Positions 26,873 through 40,100 of a DNA stretch of 64,000 nucleotides are shown in pieces. Source of the stretch: Eledone cirrhosa (taxonomy: Eukaryota); assembly GCA_964016885.1 (NCBI GenBank), contig OZ024741.1, forward strand, positions 216,504,001 to 216,568,000, written 5' to 3'. A program made the translations under genes and the position numbers. Under the pieces are notes generated by a model that was not told the origin of the DNA, did not search any database, and saw only the letters and a list, made by a program, of their open reading frames with translations. The number at the start of each line of letters is the position of its first letter. Position 1 is the stretch's first letter.

Positions 26873-27420
26873 ACACTCTGTCTAGCTCTACACCTCGATA
26901 CTGACGTGAACCTAAACACCGAGTGCCCTCCCTGGTGAACCTACAGTAACTCCGCGTTACACTATATATATATAGCTCCTTACTTAGTCGAGCGCTTACT
27001 GGAACACCATGGAATTGTTCCACAACACTTCTTCCCTAAAGGACATACCCATATCTTCGGATGATATATACAACCATTCGTCCTTGATTTATTATACTAC
27101 ACTCTGTCTAGCCCTACACCTCGATACCGACGTTGAACCTAAACATCGAGTGCCCTCCCTGGTGAACCTACAGTAACTCCGCGTTACACTATATATATAT
27201 AGCTCCTTACTTAGTCGAGCGCTTACCTGGAACACCATGGAATTGTTCCACAACACTTCTTCCCTAAAGGACATACCCATATCCTCGGATGATATATACA
27301 ACCATTCGTCCTTGATTTATTATACTACACTCTGTCTAGCCCTACACCTCGATACCGACGTTGAACCTAAACATCGAGTGCTCACCCGGGTTAACTGACC
27401 GTAATTCCGCGTTACACTCC
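26873..27420. repeat. Tandem ~227-bp repeat (about 2.4 copies), copies separated by short (TA)n
   Basis: ACACTCTGTCTAG at 26873, 27099, 27327; each copy ends GCGTTACACT. Confidence 0.85.
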
Positions 27421-27422
27421 TT

Positions 27423-27469
<47 letters not shown>

Positions 27470-27697
27470 CAAATGTAAGATTAGTAAAATCGAAGTTTTG
27501 GCTGTGGCCAAGCTAACAATTAGGAATGTTCAGCAAAGCATTCGATAAGTTTGTGTCACCTTAGAGTAATAACATACCTTAGATAGCTTGACAAATTGAA
27601 AACTGCGACAGGCAAGCCTAGTCACATAATACCAATGCAACGAAAAAACCAATCAGGTCTTTATAAAATATATATAGGATAACAAGGTATCATTTAA

Positions 27698-28037
27698 GGT
27701 AATCCAGTTAGAGATTGTGAGTACTCTGTACTGTGGGTAGTTTTAACGTACGGCGTTGTTTGACTCAACAAGAAGTTTCCTTAGTTAGGTGGCGAGTTTA
27801 CGAGAATTCCCATGCAGGTGATTCTTGGAGTAATAATAGTGAAAGAGTGAAGAATAACATGGTCGGCTGTACAGAAAGGGTTTATTTACAGTATTTACAA
27901 TTGTTTCATTGATCAGGTGAGTCTAAAGGCCGCTAATCACTCGAAGCTGCGTCACTCGACCTTAAATACAGTGTTAATACTGTAAATGAAACGCTCTTTG
28001 TACAGCCGACCATATTATTCTTCACTCTTTCACTATA
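27698..28037 (-). mobile_element. Family D fold-back copy (arms ~27837-27895 / 27976-28037)
   Basis: Collinear with 4581-4870; reverse-complement arms. Confidence 0.75.
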
Positions 28038-28178
28038 TATATATATGTGTGTGTGTGTGTGAGTGTGTGTGTGTGTGTGTACATCTAACTTTGTTAATGT
28101 GATCATAGCAAGAGGTGTGAAACACTAGGTTTATCAGTTTACTAGACTGTGAGTTGGAATTAATATATTTCGATGAAG

Positions 28179-31100
28179 ATGAGATAGACATTGTAGAGCT
28201 AACAATTCGTCATCTGCTCTCATTGTATTGCCAGTCCTTCTTCAGATGTCTGTTCTCAAAGGTGAGATAGACATTGTAGAGCTAATACCTAGTCACCTGC
28301 TCTCATTGTATTCCCAGTCCTTCTTCCGATGTCTGTTCTCAAAGGTGAGATAGACATTGTAGAGCTAATACCTAGTCACCTGCTCTCATTGTATTCCCAG
28401 TCCTTCTTCCGATGTCTGTTCTCAAAGGTGAGTTAGACATTGTAGAGCTAATACCTAGTCACCTGCTCTCATTGTATTCCCAGTCCTTCTTCCGATGTCT
28501 GTTCTCAAAGGTGAGATAGACATTGTAGAGCTAATACCTAGTCACCTGCTCTCATTGTATTCCCAGTCCTTCTTCCGATGTCTGTTCTCAAAGGTGAGAT
28601 AGACATTGTAGAGCTAATACCTAGTCACCTGCTCTCATTGTATTCCCAGTCCTTCTTCCGATGTCTGTTCTCAAAGGTGAGATAGACATTGTAGAGCTAA
28701 TACCTAGTCACCTGCTCTCATTGTATTCCCAGTCCTTCTTCCGATGTCTGTTCTCAAAGGTGAGATAGACATTGTAGAGCTAATACCTAGTCACCTGCTC
28801 TCATTGTATTCGCAGTCCTTCTTCAGATGTCTGTTCTCAAAGTTGAGATAGACATTGTAGAGCTAATACCTAGTCACCTGCTCTCATTGTATTCCCAGTC
28901 CTTCTTCCGATGTCTGTTCTCAAAGGTAAGATAGACATTGTAGAGCTAATACCTAGTCACCTGCTCTCATTGTATTGCCAGTCCTTCTTCAGATGTCTGT
29001 TCTCAAAGGTGAGATAGACATTGTAGAGCTAATACCTAGTCACCTGCTCTCATTGTATTGCCAGTCCTTCTTCAGATGTCTGTTCTCAAAGGTGAGATAG
29101 ACATTGTAGAGCTAATACCTAGTCACCTGCTCTCATTGTATTCCCAGTCCTTCTTCCGATGTCTGTTCTCAAAGGTGAGGTAGACATTGTAGAGCTAATA
29201 CCTAGTCACCTGCTCTCATTGTATTCCCAGTCCTTCTTCCGATGTCTGTTCTCAAAGGTGAGATAGACATTGTAGAGCTAATACCTAGTCACCTGCTCTC
29301 ATTGTATTCCCAGTCCTTCTTCAGATGTCTGTTCTCAAAGGTGAGATAGACATTGTAGAGCTAATACCTAGTCACCTGCTCTCATTGTATTCCCAGTCCT
29401 TCTTCAGATGTCTGTTCTCAAAGGTGAGATAGACATTGTAGAGCTAATACCTAGTCACCTGCTCTCATTGTATTCGCAGTCCTTCTTCAGATGTCTGTTC
29501 TCAAAGGTGAGATAGATATTGTAGAGCTAATACCTAGTCACCTGCTCTCATTGTATTCCCAGTCCTTCTTCCGATGTCTGTTCTCAAAGGTGAGATAGAC
29601 ATTGTAGAGCTAATACCTAGTCACCTGCTCTCATTGTATTCCCAGTCCTTCTTCCGATGTCTGTTCTCAAAGGTGAGATAGACATTGTAGAGCTAATACC
29701 TAGTCACCTGCTCTCATTGTATTCCCAGTCCTTCTTCCGATGTCTGTTCTCAAAGGTGAGATAGACATTGTAGAGCTAATACCTAGTCACCTGCTCTCAT
29801 TGTATTCCCAGTCCTTCTTCAGATGTCTGTTCTCAAAGGTGGGATAGACATTGTAGAGCTAATACCTAGTCACCTGCTCTCATTGTATTCCCAGTCCTTC
29901 TTCCGATGTCTGTTCTCAAAGGTGAGATAGACATTGTAGAGCTAATACCTAGTCACCTGCTCTCATTGTATTCCCACTCCTTCTTCAGATGTCTGTTCTC
30001 AAAGGTGAGATAGACATTGTAGAGCTAATACCTAGTCACCTGCTCTCATTGTATTGCCAGTCCTTCTTCCGATGTCTGTTCTCAAAGGTGAGATAGACAT
30101 TGTAGAGCTAATACCTAGTCACCTGCTCTCATTGTATTGCCAGTCCTTCTTCAGATGTCTGTTCTCAAAGGTGAGATAGACATTGTAGAGCTAATACCTA
30201 GTCACCTGCTCTCATTGTATTCCCAGTCCTTCTTCCGATGTCTGTTCTCAAAGGTGAGATAGACATTGTAGAGCTAATACCTAGTCACCTGCTCTCATTG
30301 TATTCCCAGTCCTTCTTCCGATGTCTGTTGTCAAAGGTGAGATAGACATTGTAGAGCTAATACCTAGTCACCTGCTCTCATTGTATTCCCAGTCCTTCTT
30401 CAGATGTCTGTTCTCAAAGGTGAGATAGACATGTAGAGCTAATACCTAGTCACCTGCTCTCATTGTATTCCCAGTCCTTCGTCAGATGTCTGTTCTCAAA
30501 GGTGAGATAGACATTGTAGAGCTAATACCTAGTCACCTGCTCTCATTGTATTCGGAGTCCTTCTTCAGATGTCTGTTCTCAAACGTGAGATAGACATTGT
30601 AGAGCTAATACCTAGTCACCTGCGCTCATTGTATTCCCAGTCCTTCTTCCAATGTCTGTTCTCAAAGGTGAGATAGACATTGTAGAGCTAATACCTAGTC
30701 ACCTGCTCTTACTGTATTCCCAGTCCTTCTTCCGATGTCTGTTCTCAAAGGTGAGATAGACATTGTAGAGCTAATACCTAGTCATCTGCTCTCATTGTAT
30801 TCCCAGTCCTTCTTCCGATGTCTGTTCTCAAAGGTGAGATAGACATTGTAGAGCTAATACCTAGTCATCTGCTCTCATTGTATTGCCAGTCCTTCTTCCG
30901 ATGTCTGTTCTCAAAGGTGAGATAGACATTGTAGAGCTAATACCTAGTCACCTGCTCTCATTGTATTCCCAGTCCTTCTTCAGATGTCTGTTCTCAAAGG
31001 TGAGATAGACATTGTAGAGCTAATACATAGTCACCTGCTCTCATTGTGTTCGGAGTCCTTCTTCAGATGTCTGTTCTCAAACGTGAGATAGACATTGTAG

Positions 31101-34100
31101 AGCTAATACCTAGTCATCTGCTCTCATTGTATTCCCAGTCCTTCTTCCAATGTCTGTTGTCAAAGGTGAGATAGACATTGTAGAGCTAATACCTAGTCAC
31201 CTGCTCTTATTGTATTCCCAGTCCTTCTTCCGATGTCTGTTCTCAAAGGTGAGATAGACATTGTAGAGCTAATACCTAGTCACCTGCTCTCATTGTATTC
31301 CCAGTCCTTCTTCCGATGTCTGTTCTCAAAGGTGACATAGACATTGTAGAGCTAATACCTAGTCAACTGCTCTCATTGTATTGCCAGTCCTTCTTCCGAT
31401 GTCTGTTCTCAAAGGTGAGATAGACATTGTAGAGCTAATACCTAGTCACCTGCTCTCATTGTATTCCCAGTCCTTCTTCCGATGTCTGTTCTCAAAGGTG
31501 AGATAGACATTGTAGAGCTAATACCTAGTCACCTGCTCTCATTGTATTGCCAGTCCTTCTTCAGATGTCTGTTCTCAAAGGTGAGATAGACATTGTAGAG
31601 CTAATACCTAGTCACCTGCACTCATTGTATTCCCAGTCCTTCTTCCGATGTCTGTTCTCAAAGGTGAGATAGACATTGTAGAGCTAATACCTAGTCACCT
31701 GCTCTCATTGTATTCCCAGTCCTTCTTCCGATGTCTGTTCTCAAAGGTGAGATAGACATTGTAGAGCTAATACCTAGTCACCTGCTCTCATTGTATTCCC
31801 AGTCCTTCTTCAGATGTCTGTTCTCAAAGGTGAGATAGACATTGTAGAGCTAATACCTAGTCACCTGCTCTCATTGTATTCACAGTCCTTCTTCCGATGT
31901 CTGTTCTCAAAGGTGAGATAGACATTGTAGAGCTAATACCTAGTCACCTGCTCTCATTGTATTCCCAGTCCTTCTTCCGATGTCTGTTCTCAAAGGTGAG
32001 ATAGACATTGTAGAGCTAATACCTAGTCACCTGCCCTCATTGTATTGCCAGTCCTTCTTCAGATGTCTGTTCTCAAAGGTGAGATAGACATTGTAGAGCT
32101 AATACCTAGTCACCTGCTCTCATTGTATTCCCAGTCCTTCTTCCGATGTCTGTTCTCAAAGGTGAGATAGACATTGTAGAGCTAATACCTAGTCACCTGC
32201 TCTCATTGTATTCCCAGTCCTTCTTCCGATGTCTGTTCTCAAAGGTAAGATAGACATTGTAGAGCTAATACCTAGTCACCTGCTCTCATTGTATTCGCAG
32301 TCCTTCTTCAGATGTCTGTTCTCAAAGGTGAGATAGACATTGTAGAGCTAATACCTAGTCACCTGCTCTCATTGTATTCCCAGTCCTTCTTCCGATGTCT
32401 GTTCTCAAAGGTGAGATAGACATTGTAGAGCTAATACTTAGTCACCTGCTCTCATTGTATTGCCAGTCCTTCTTCCGATGTCTGTTCTCAAAGATGAGAT
32501 AGACATTGTAGAGCTAATACCTAGTCACCTGCTCTCATTGTATTCCCAGTCCTTCTTCCGATGTCTGTTCTCAAAGGTGAGATAGACATTGTAGAGCTAA
32601 TACCTAGTCACCTGCTCTCATTGTATTCCCAGTCCTTCTTCAGATGTCTGTTCTCAAAGGTGAGATAGACATTGTAGAGCTAATACATAGTCACCTGCTC
32701 TCATTGTATTCGGAGTCCATCTTCAGATGTCTGTTCTCAAACGTGAGATAGACATTGTAGAGCTAATACCTAGTCACCTGCTCTCATTGTATTCCCAGTC
32801 CTTCTTCAGATGTCTGTTCTCAAAGGTGAGATAGACATTGTAGAGCTAATACCTAGTCACCTGCTCTCATTGTATTCCCAGTCCTTCTTCCAATGTCTGT
32901 TCTCAAAGGTGAGATAGACATTGTAGAGTTAATACCTAGTCACCTGCTCTTATTGTATTCCCAGTCCTTCTTCCGATGTCTGTTCTCAAAGGTGAGATAG
33001 ACATTGTAGAGCTAATACCTAGTCACCTGCTCTCATTGTATTCCCAGTCCTTCTTCCGATGTCTGTTCTCAAAGGTGAGATAGACATTGTAGAGCTAATA
33101 CCTAGTCACCTGCTCTCATTGTATTCCCAGTCCTTCTTCCGATGTCTGTTCTCAAAGGTGAGATAGACATTGTAGAGCTAATACCTAGTCACCTGCTCTC
33201 ATTGTATTCCCAGTCCTTCTTCCGATGTCTGTTCTCAAAGGTGAGATAGACATTGTAGAGCTAATACCTAGTCACCTGCTCTCATTGTATTGCCAGTCCT
33301 TCTTCAGATGTCTGTTCTCAAAGGTGAGATAGACATTGTAGAGCTAATACCTAGTCACCTGCTCTCATTGTATTCCCAGTCCTTCTTCCGATGTCTGTTC
33401 TCAAAGGTGAGATAGACATTGTAGAGCTAATACCTAGTCACCTGCTCTCATTGTATTCCCAGTCCTTCTTCCGATGTCTGTTCTCAAAGGTGAGATAGAC
33501 ATTGTAGAGCTAATACCTAGTCACCTGCTCTCATTGTATTCCCAGTCCTTCTTCCGATGTCTGTTCTCAAAGGTGAGATAGACATTGTAGAGCTAATACC
33601 TAGTCACCTGCCCTCATTGTATTGCCAGTCCTTCTTCAGATGTCTGTTTTCAAAGGTGAGATAGACATTGTAGAGCTAATACCTATTCACCTGCTCTCAT
33701 TGTATTCCCAGTCCTTCTTCCGATGTCTGTTCTCAAAGGTGAGATAGACATTGTAGAGCTAATACCTAGTCACCTGCTCTCATTGTATTCCCAGTCCTTC
33801 TTCCGATGTCTGTTCTCAAAGGTAAGATAGACATTGTAGAGCTAATACCTAGTCACCTGCTCTCATTGTATTCCCAGTCCTTCTTCCGATGTCTGTTCTC
33901 AAAGGTCAGATAGACATTGTAGAGCTAATACCTAGTCACCTGCTCTCATTGTATTCCCAGTCCTTCTTCCGATGTCTGTTCTCAAAGGTGAGATAGACAT
34001 TGTAGAGCTAATACCTAGTCACCTGCTCTCATTGTATTCCCAGTCCTTCTTCCGATGTCTGTTCTCAAAGGTGAGATAGACATTGTAGAGCTAATACTTA

Positions 34101-37100
34101 GTCACCTGCTCTCATTGTATTGCCAGTCCTTCTTCCGATGTCTGTTCTCAAAGGTGAGATAGACATTGTAGAGCTAATACCTAGTCACCTGCTCTCATTG
34201 TATTCCCAGTCCTTCTTCACATGTCTGTTCTCAAAGGTGAGATAGACATTGTAGAGCTAATACATAGTCACCTGCTCTCATTGTATTCGGAGTCCTTCTT
34301 CAGATGTCTGTTCTCAAACGTGAGATAGACATTGTAGAGCTAATACCTAGTCACCTGCTCTCATTGTATTCCCAGTCCTTCTTCCAATGTCTGTTCTCAA
34401 AGGTGAGATAGACATTGTAGAGCTAATACCTAGTCACCTGCTCTTATTGTATTCCCAGTCCTTCTTCCGATGTCTGTTCTCAAAGGTGAGATAGACATTG
34501 TAGAGCTAATACCTAGTCACCTGCTCTCATTGTATTCCCAGTCCTTCTTCCGATGTCTGTTCTCAAAGGTGAGATAGACATTGTAGAGCTAATACCTAGT
34601 CACCTGCTCTCATTGTATTCCCAGTCCTTCTTCCGATGTCTGTTCTCAAAGGTGAGATAGACATTGTAGAGCTAATACCTAGTCACCTGCTCTCATTGTA
34701 TTCCCAGTCCTTCTTCCGATGTCTGTTCTCAAAGGTGAGATAGACATTGTAGAGCTAATACCTAGTCACCTGCTCTCATTGTATTCCCAGTCCTTCTTCA
34801 GATGTCTGTTCTCAAAGGTGAGATAGACATTGTAGAGCTAATACATAGTCACCTGCTCTCATTGTATTCGGAGTCCTTCTTCAGATGTCTGTTCTCAAAC
34901 GTGAGATAGACATTGTAGAGCTAATACCTAGTCACCTGCTCTCATTGTATTCCCAGTCCTTCTTCCAATGTCTGTTCTCAAAGGTGAGATAGACATTGTA
35001 GAGCTAATACCTAGTCACCTGCTCTTATTGTATTCCCAGTCCTTCTTCCGATGTCTGTTCTCAAAGGTGAGATAGACATTGTAGAGCTAATACCTAGTCA
35101 CCTGCTCTCATTGTATTCCCAGTCCTTCTTCCGATGTCTGTTCTCAAAGGTGAGATAGACATTGTAGAGCTAATACCTAGTCACCTGCTCTCATTGTATT
35201 CCCAGTCCTTCTTCCGATGTCTGTTCTCAAAGGTGAGATAGACATTGTAGAGCTAATACCTAGTCACCTGCTCTCATTGTATTCCCAGTCCTTCTTCCGA
35301 TGTCTGTTCTCAAAGGTGAGATAGACATTGTAGAGCTAATACCTAGTCACCTGCTCTCATTGTATTGCCAGTCCTTCTTCAGATGTCTGTTCTCAAAGGT
35401 GAGATAGACATTGTAGAGCTAATACCTAGTCACCTGCTCTCATTGTATTCCCAGTCCTTCTTCCGATGTCTGTTCTCAAAGGTGAGATAGACATTGTAGA
35501 GCTAATACCTAGTCACCTGCTCTCATTGTATTCCCAGTCCTTCTTCCGATGTCTGTTCTCAAAGGTGAGATAGACATTGTAGAGCTAATACCTAGTCACC
35601 TGCTCTCATTGTATTGCCAGTCCTTCTTCAGATGTCTGTTCTCAAAGGTGAGATAGACATTGTAGAGCTAATACCTAGTCACCTGCTCTCATTGTATTCC
35701 CAGTCCTTCTTCCGATGTCTGTTCTCAAAGGTGAGATAGACATTGTAGAGCTAATACCTAGTCACCTGCTCTCATTGTATTCCCAGTCCTTCTTCCGATG
35801 TCTGTTCTCAAAGGTAAGATAGACATTGTAGAGCTAATACCTAGTCACCTGCTCTCATTGTATTCGCAGTCCTTCTTCAGATGTCTGTTCTCAAAGGTGA
35901 GATAGACATTGTAGAGCTAATACCTAGTCACCTGCTCTCATTGTATTCCCAGTCCTTCTTCCGATGTCTGTTCTCAAAGGTGAGATAGACATTGTAGAGC
36001 TAATACTTAGTCACCTGCTCTCATTGTATTGCCAGTCCTTCTTCCGATGTCTGTTCTCAAAGGTGAGATAGACATTGTAGAGCTAATACCTAGTCACCTG
36101 CTCTCATTGTATTCCCAGTCCTTCTTCCGATGTCTGTTCTCAAAGGTGAGATAGACATTGTAGAGCTAATACCTAGTCACCTGCTCTCATTGTATTGCCA
36201 GTCCTTCTTCAGATGTCTGTTCTCAAAGGTGAGGTAGACATTGTAGAGCTAATACCTAGTCACCTGCTCTCATTGTATTCCCAGTCCTTCTTCAGATGTC
36301 TGTTCTCAAAGGTGAGATAGACATTGTAGAGCTAATACCTAGTCACCTGCTCTCATTGTATTCCCAGTCCTTCTTCCAATGTCTGTTCTCAAAGGTGAGA
36401 TAGACATTGTAGAGCTAATACCTAGTCACCTGCTCTCATTGTATTCGCAGTCCTTCTTCAGATGTCTGTTCTCAAAGGTGAGATAGACATTGTAGAGCTA
36501 ATACCTAGTCACCTGCTCTCATTGTATTCCCAGTCCTTCTTCCGATGTCTGTTCTCAAAGGTGAGATAGACATTGTAGAGCTAATACCTAGTCACCTGCT
36601 CTCATTGTATTCCCAGTCCTTCTTCCGATGTCTGTTCTCAAAGGTGAGATAGACATTGTAGAGCTAATACCTAGTCACCTGCTCTCATTGTATTGCCAGT
36701 CCTTCTTCAGATGTCTGTTCTCAAAGGTGAGATAGACATTGTAGAGCTAATACCTAGTCACCTGCTCTCATTGTATTCCCAGTCCTTCTTCCGATGTCTG
36801 TTCTCAAAGGTGAGATAGACATTGTAGAGCTAATACCTAGTCACCTGCTCTCATTGTATTCCCAGTCCTTCTTCCGATGTCTGTTCTCAAAGGTGAGATA
36901 GACATTGTAGAGCTAATACCTAGTCACCTGCTCTCATTGTATTGCCAGTCCTTCTTCAGATGTCTGTTCTCAAAGGTGAGATAGACATTGTAGAGCTAAT
37001 ACCTAGTCACCTGCTCTCATTGTATTCCCAGTCCTTCTTCCGATGTCTGTTCTCAAAGGTGAGATAGACATTGTAGAGCTAATACCTAGTCACCTGCTCT

Positions 37101-40100
37101 CATTGTATTCCCAGTCCTTCTTCCGATGTCTGTTCTCAAAGGTGAGATAGACATTGTAGAGCTAATACCTAGTCACCTGCTCTCATTGTATTCCCAGTCC
37201 TTCTTCCGATGTCTGTTCTCAAAGGTGAGATAGACATTGTAGAGCTAATACCTAGTCACCTGCTCTCATTGTATTCCCAGTCCTTCTTCAGATGTCTGTT
37301 CTCAAAGGTGAGATAGACATTGTAGAGCTAATACCTAGTCACCTGCTCTCATTGTATTCACAGTCCTTCTTCCGATGTCTGTTCTCAAAGGTGAGATAGA
37401 CATTGTAGAGCTAATACCTAGTCACCTGCTCTCATTGTATTCCCAGTCCTTCTTCCGATGTCTGTTCTCAAAGGTGAGATAGACATTGTAGAGCTAATAC
37501 CTAGTCACCTGCTCTCATTGTATTGCCAGTCCTTCTTCAGATGTCTGTTCTCAAAGGTGAGATAGACATTGTAGAGCTAATACCTAGTCACCTGCTCTCA
37601 TTGTATTCCCAGTCCTTCTTCCGATGTCTGTTCTCAAAGGTGAGATAGACATTGTAGAGCTAATACCTAGTCACCTGCTCTCATTGTATTCCCAGTCCTT
37701 CTTCCGATGTCTGTTCTCAAAGGTAAGATAGACATTGTAGAGCTAATACCTAGTCACCTGCTCTCATTGTATTCGCAGTCCTTCTTCAGATGTCTGTTCT
37801 CAAAGGTAAGATAGACATTGTAGAGCTAATACCTAGTCACCTGCTCTCATTGTATTCCCAGTCCTTCTTCCGATGTCTGTTCTCAAAGGTGAGATAGACA
37901 TTGTAGAGCTAATACTTAGTCACCTGCTCTCATTGTATTGCCAGTCCTTCTTCCGATGTCTGTTCTCAAAGATGAGATAGACATTGTAGAGCTAATACCT
38001 AGTCACCTGCTCTCATTGTATTCCCAGTCCTTCTTCCGATGTCTGTTCTCAAAGGTGAGATAGACATTGTAGAGCTAATACCTAGTCACCTGCTCTCATT
38101 GTATTCCCAGTCCTTCTTCAGATGTCTGTTCTCAAAGGTGAGATAGACATTGTAGAGCTAATACATAGTCACCTGCTCTCATTGTATTCGGAGTCCTTCT
38201 TCAGATGTCTGTTCTCAAACGTGAGATAGACATTGTAGAGCTAATACCTAGTCACCTGCTCTCATTGTATTCCCAGTCCTTCTTCCAATGTCTGTTCTCA
38301 AAGGTGAGATAGACATTGTAGAGCTAATACCTAGTCACCTGCTCTTATTGTATTCCCAGTCCTTCTTCCGATGTCTGTTCTCAAAGGTGAGATAGACATT
38401 GTAGAGCTAATACCTAGTCACCTGCTCTCATTGTATTCCCAGTCCTTCTTCCGATGTCTGTTCTCAAAGGTGAGATAGACATTGTAGAGCTAATACCTAG
38501 TCACCTGCTCTCATTGTATTGCCAGTCCTTCTTCCGATGTCTGTTCTCAAAGGTGAGATAGACATTGTAGAGCTAATACCTAGTCACCTGCTCTCATTGT
38601 ATTCCCAGTCCTTCTTCCGATGTCTGTTCTCAAAGGTGAGATAGACATTGTAGAGCTAATACCTAGTCACCTGCTCTCATTGTATTGCCAGTCCTTCTTC
38701 AGATGTCTGTTCTCAAAGGTGAGATAGACATTGTAGAGCTAATACCTAGTCACCTGCTCTCATTGTATTCCCAGTCCTTCTTCCGATGTCTGTTCTCAAA
38801 GGTGAGATAGACATTGTAGAGCTAATACCTAGTCACCTGCTCTCATTGTATTCCCAGTCCTTCTTCCGATGTCTGTTCTCAAAGGTGAGATAGATATTGT
38901 AGAGCTAATACCTAGTCACCTGCTCTCATTGTATTGCCAGTCCTTCTTCAGATGTCTGTTCTCAAAGGTGAGATAGACATTGTAGAGCTAATACCTAGTC
39001 ACCTGCTCTCATTGTATTCCCAGTCCTTCTTCCGATGTCTGTTCTCAAAGGTGAGATAGACATTGTAGAGCTAATACCTAGTCACCTGCTCTCATTGTAT
39101 TCCCAGTCCTTCTTCCGATGTCTGTTCTCAAAGGTAAGATAGACATTGTAGAGCTAATACCTAGTCACCTGCTCTCATTGTATTCGCAGTCCTTCTTCAG
39201 ATGTCTGTTCTCAAAGGTGAGATAGACATTGTAGAGCTAATACCTAGTCACCTGCTCTCATTGTATTCCCAGTCCTTCTTCCGATGTCTGTTCTCAAAGG
39301 TGAGATAGACATTGTAGAGCTAATACTTAGTCACCTGCTCTCATTGTATTGCCAGTCCTTCTTCCGATGTCTGTTCTCAAAGGTGAGATAGACATTGTAG
39401 AGCTAATACCTAGTCACCTGCTCTCATTGTATTCCCAGTCCTTCTTCCGATGTCTGTTCTCAAAGGTGAGATAGACATTGTAGAGCTAATACCTAGTCAC
39501 CTGCTCTCATTGTATTGCCAGTCCTTCTTCAGATGTCTGTTCTCAAAGGTGAGGTAGACATTGTAGAGCTAATACCTAGTCACCTGCTCTCATTGTATTC
39601 CCAGTCCTTCTTCAGATGTCTGTTCTCAAAGGTGAGATAGACATTGTAGAGCTAATACCTAGTCACCTGCTCTCATTGTATTCCCAGTCCTTCTTCCAAT
39701 GTCTGTTCTCAAAGGTGAGATAGACATTGTAGAGCTAATACCTAGTCACCTGCTCTCATTGTATTCGCAGTCCTTCTTCAGATGTCTGTTCTCAAAGGTG
39801 AGATAGACATTGTAGAGCTAATACCTAGTCACCTGCTCTCATTGTATTCCCAGTCCTTCTTCCGATGTCTGTTCTCAAAGGTGAGATAGACATTGTAGAG
39901 CTAATACCTAGTCACCTGCTCTCATTGTATTCCCAGTCCTTCTTCCGATGTCTGTTCTCAAAGGTGAGATAGACATTGTAGAGCTAATACCTAGTCACCT
40001 GCTCTCATTGTATTGCCAGTCCTTCTTCAGATGTCTGTTCTCAAAGGTGAGATAGACATTGTAGAGCTAATACCTAGTCACCTGCTCTCATTGTATTCCC

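Noticed and set aside
28185-28255. Hammerhead in the satellite unit (minus strand AGACAT-CTGAAGA-AGGAC...ATGTCT)
   Set aside because: Stem I and CTGAAGA occur in the A-variant units, but there is no closing stem II, no GAAA and no UH triplet; most units read CGGAAGA. At most a distant relic.
28322-28330. Resemblance of TCTTCCGAT / SSDVCS to the Illumina adapter
   Set aside because: Only 9 nt shared; the structured variant blocks across 18.8 kb indicate genuine genomic sequence.
28262-28345. Alternative minus-strand exon/intron reading (36-nt exon, 47-nt intron)
   Set aside because: Weaker signals (GTGACT donor, AG and purines just before the acceptor) and an even shorter intron.
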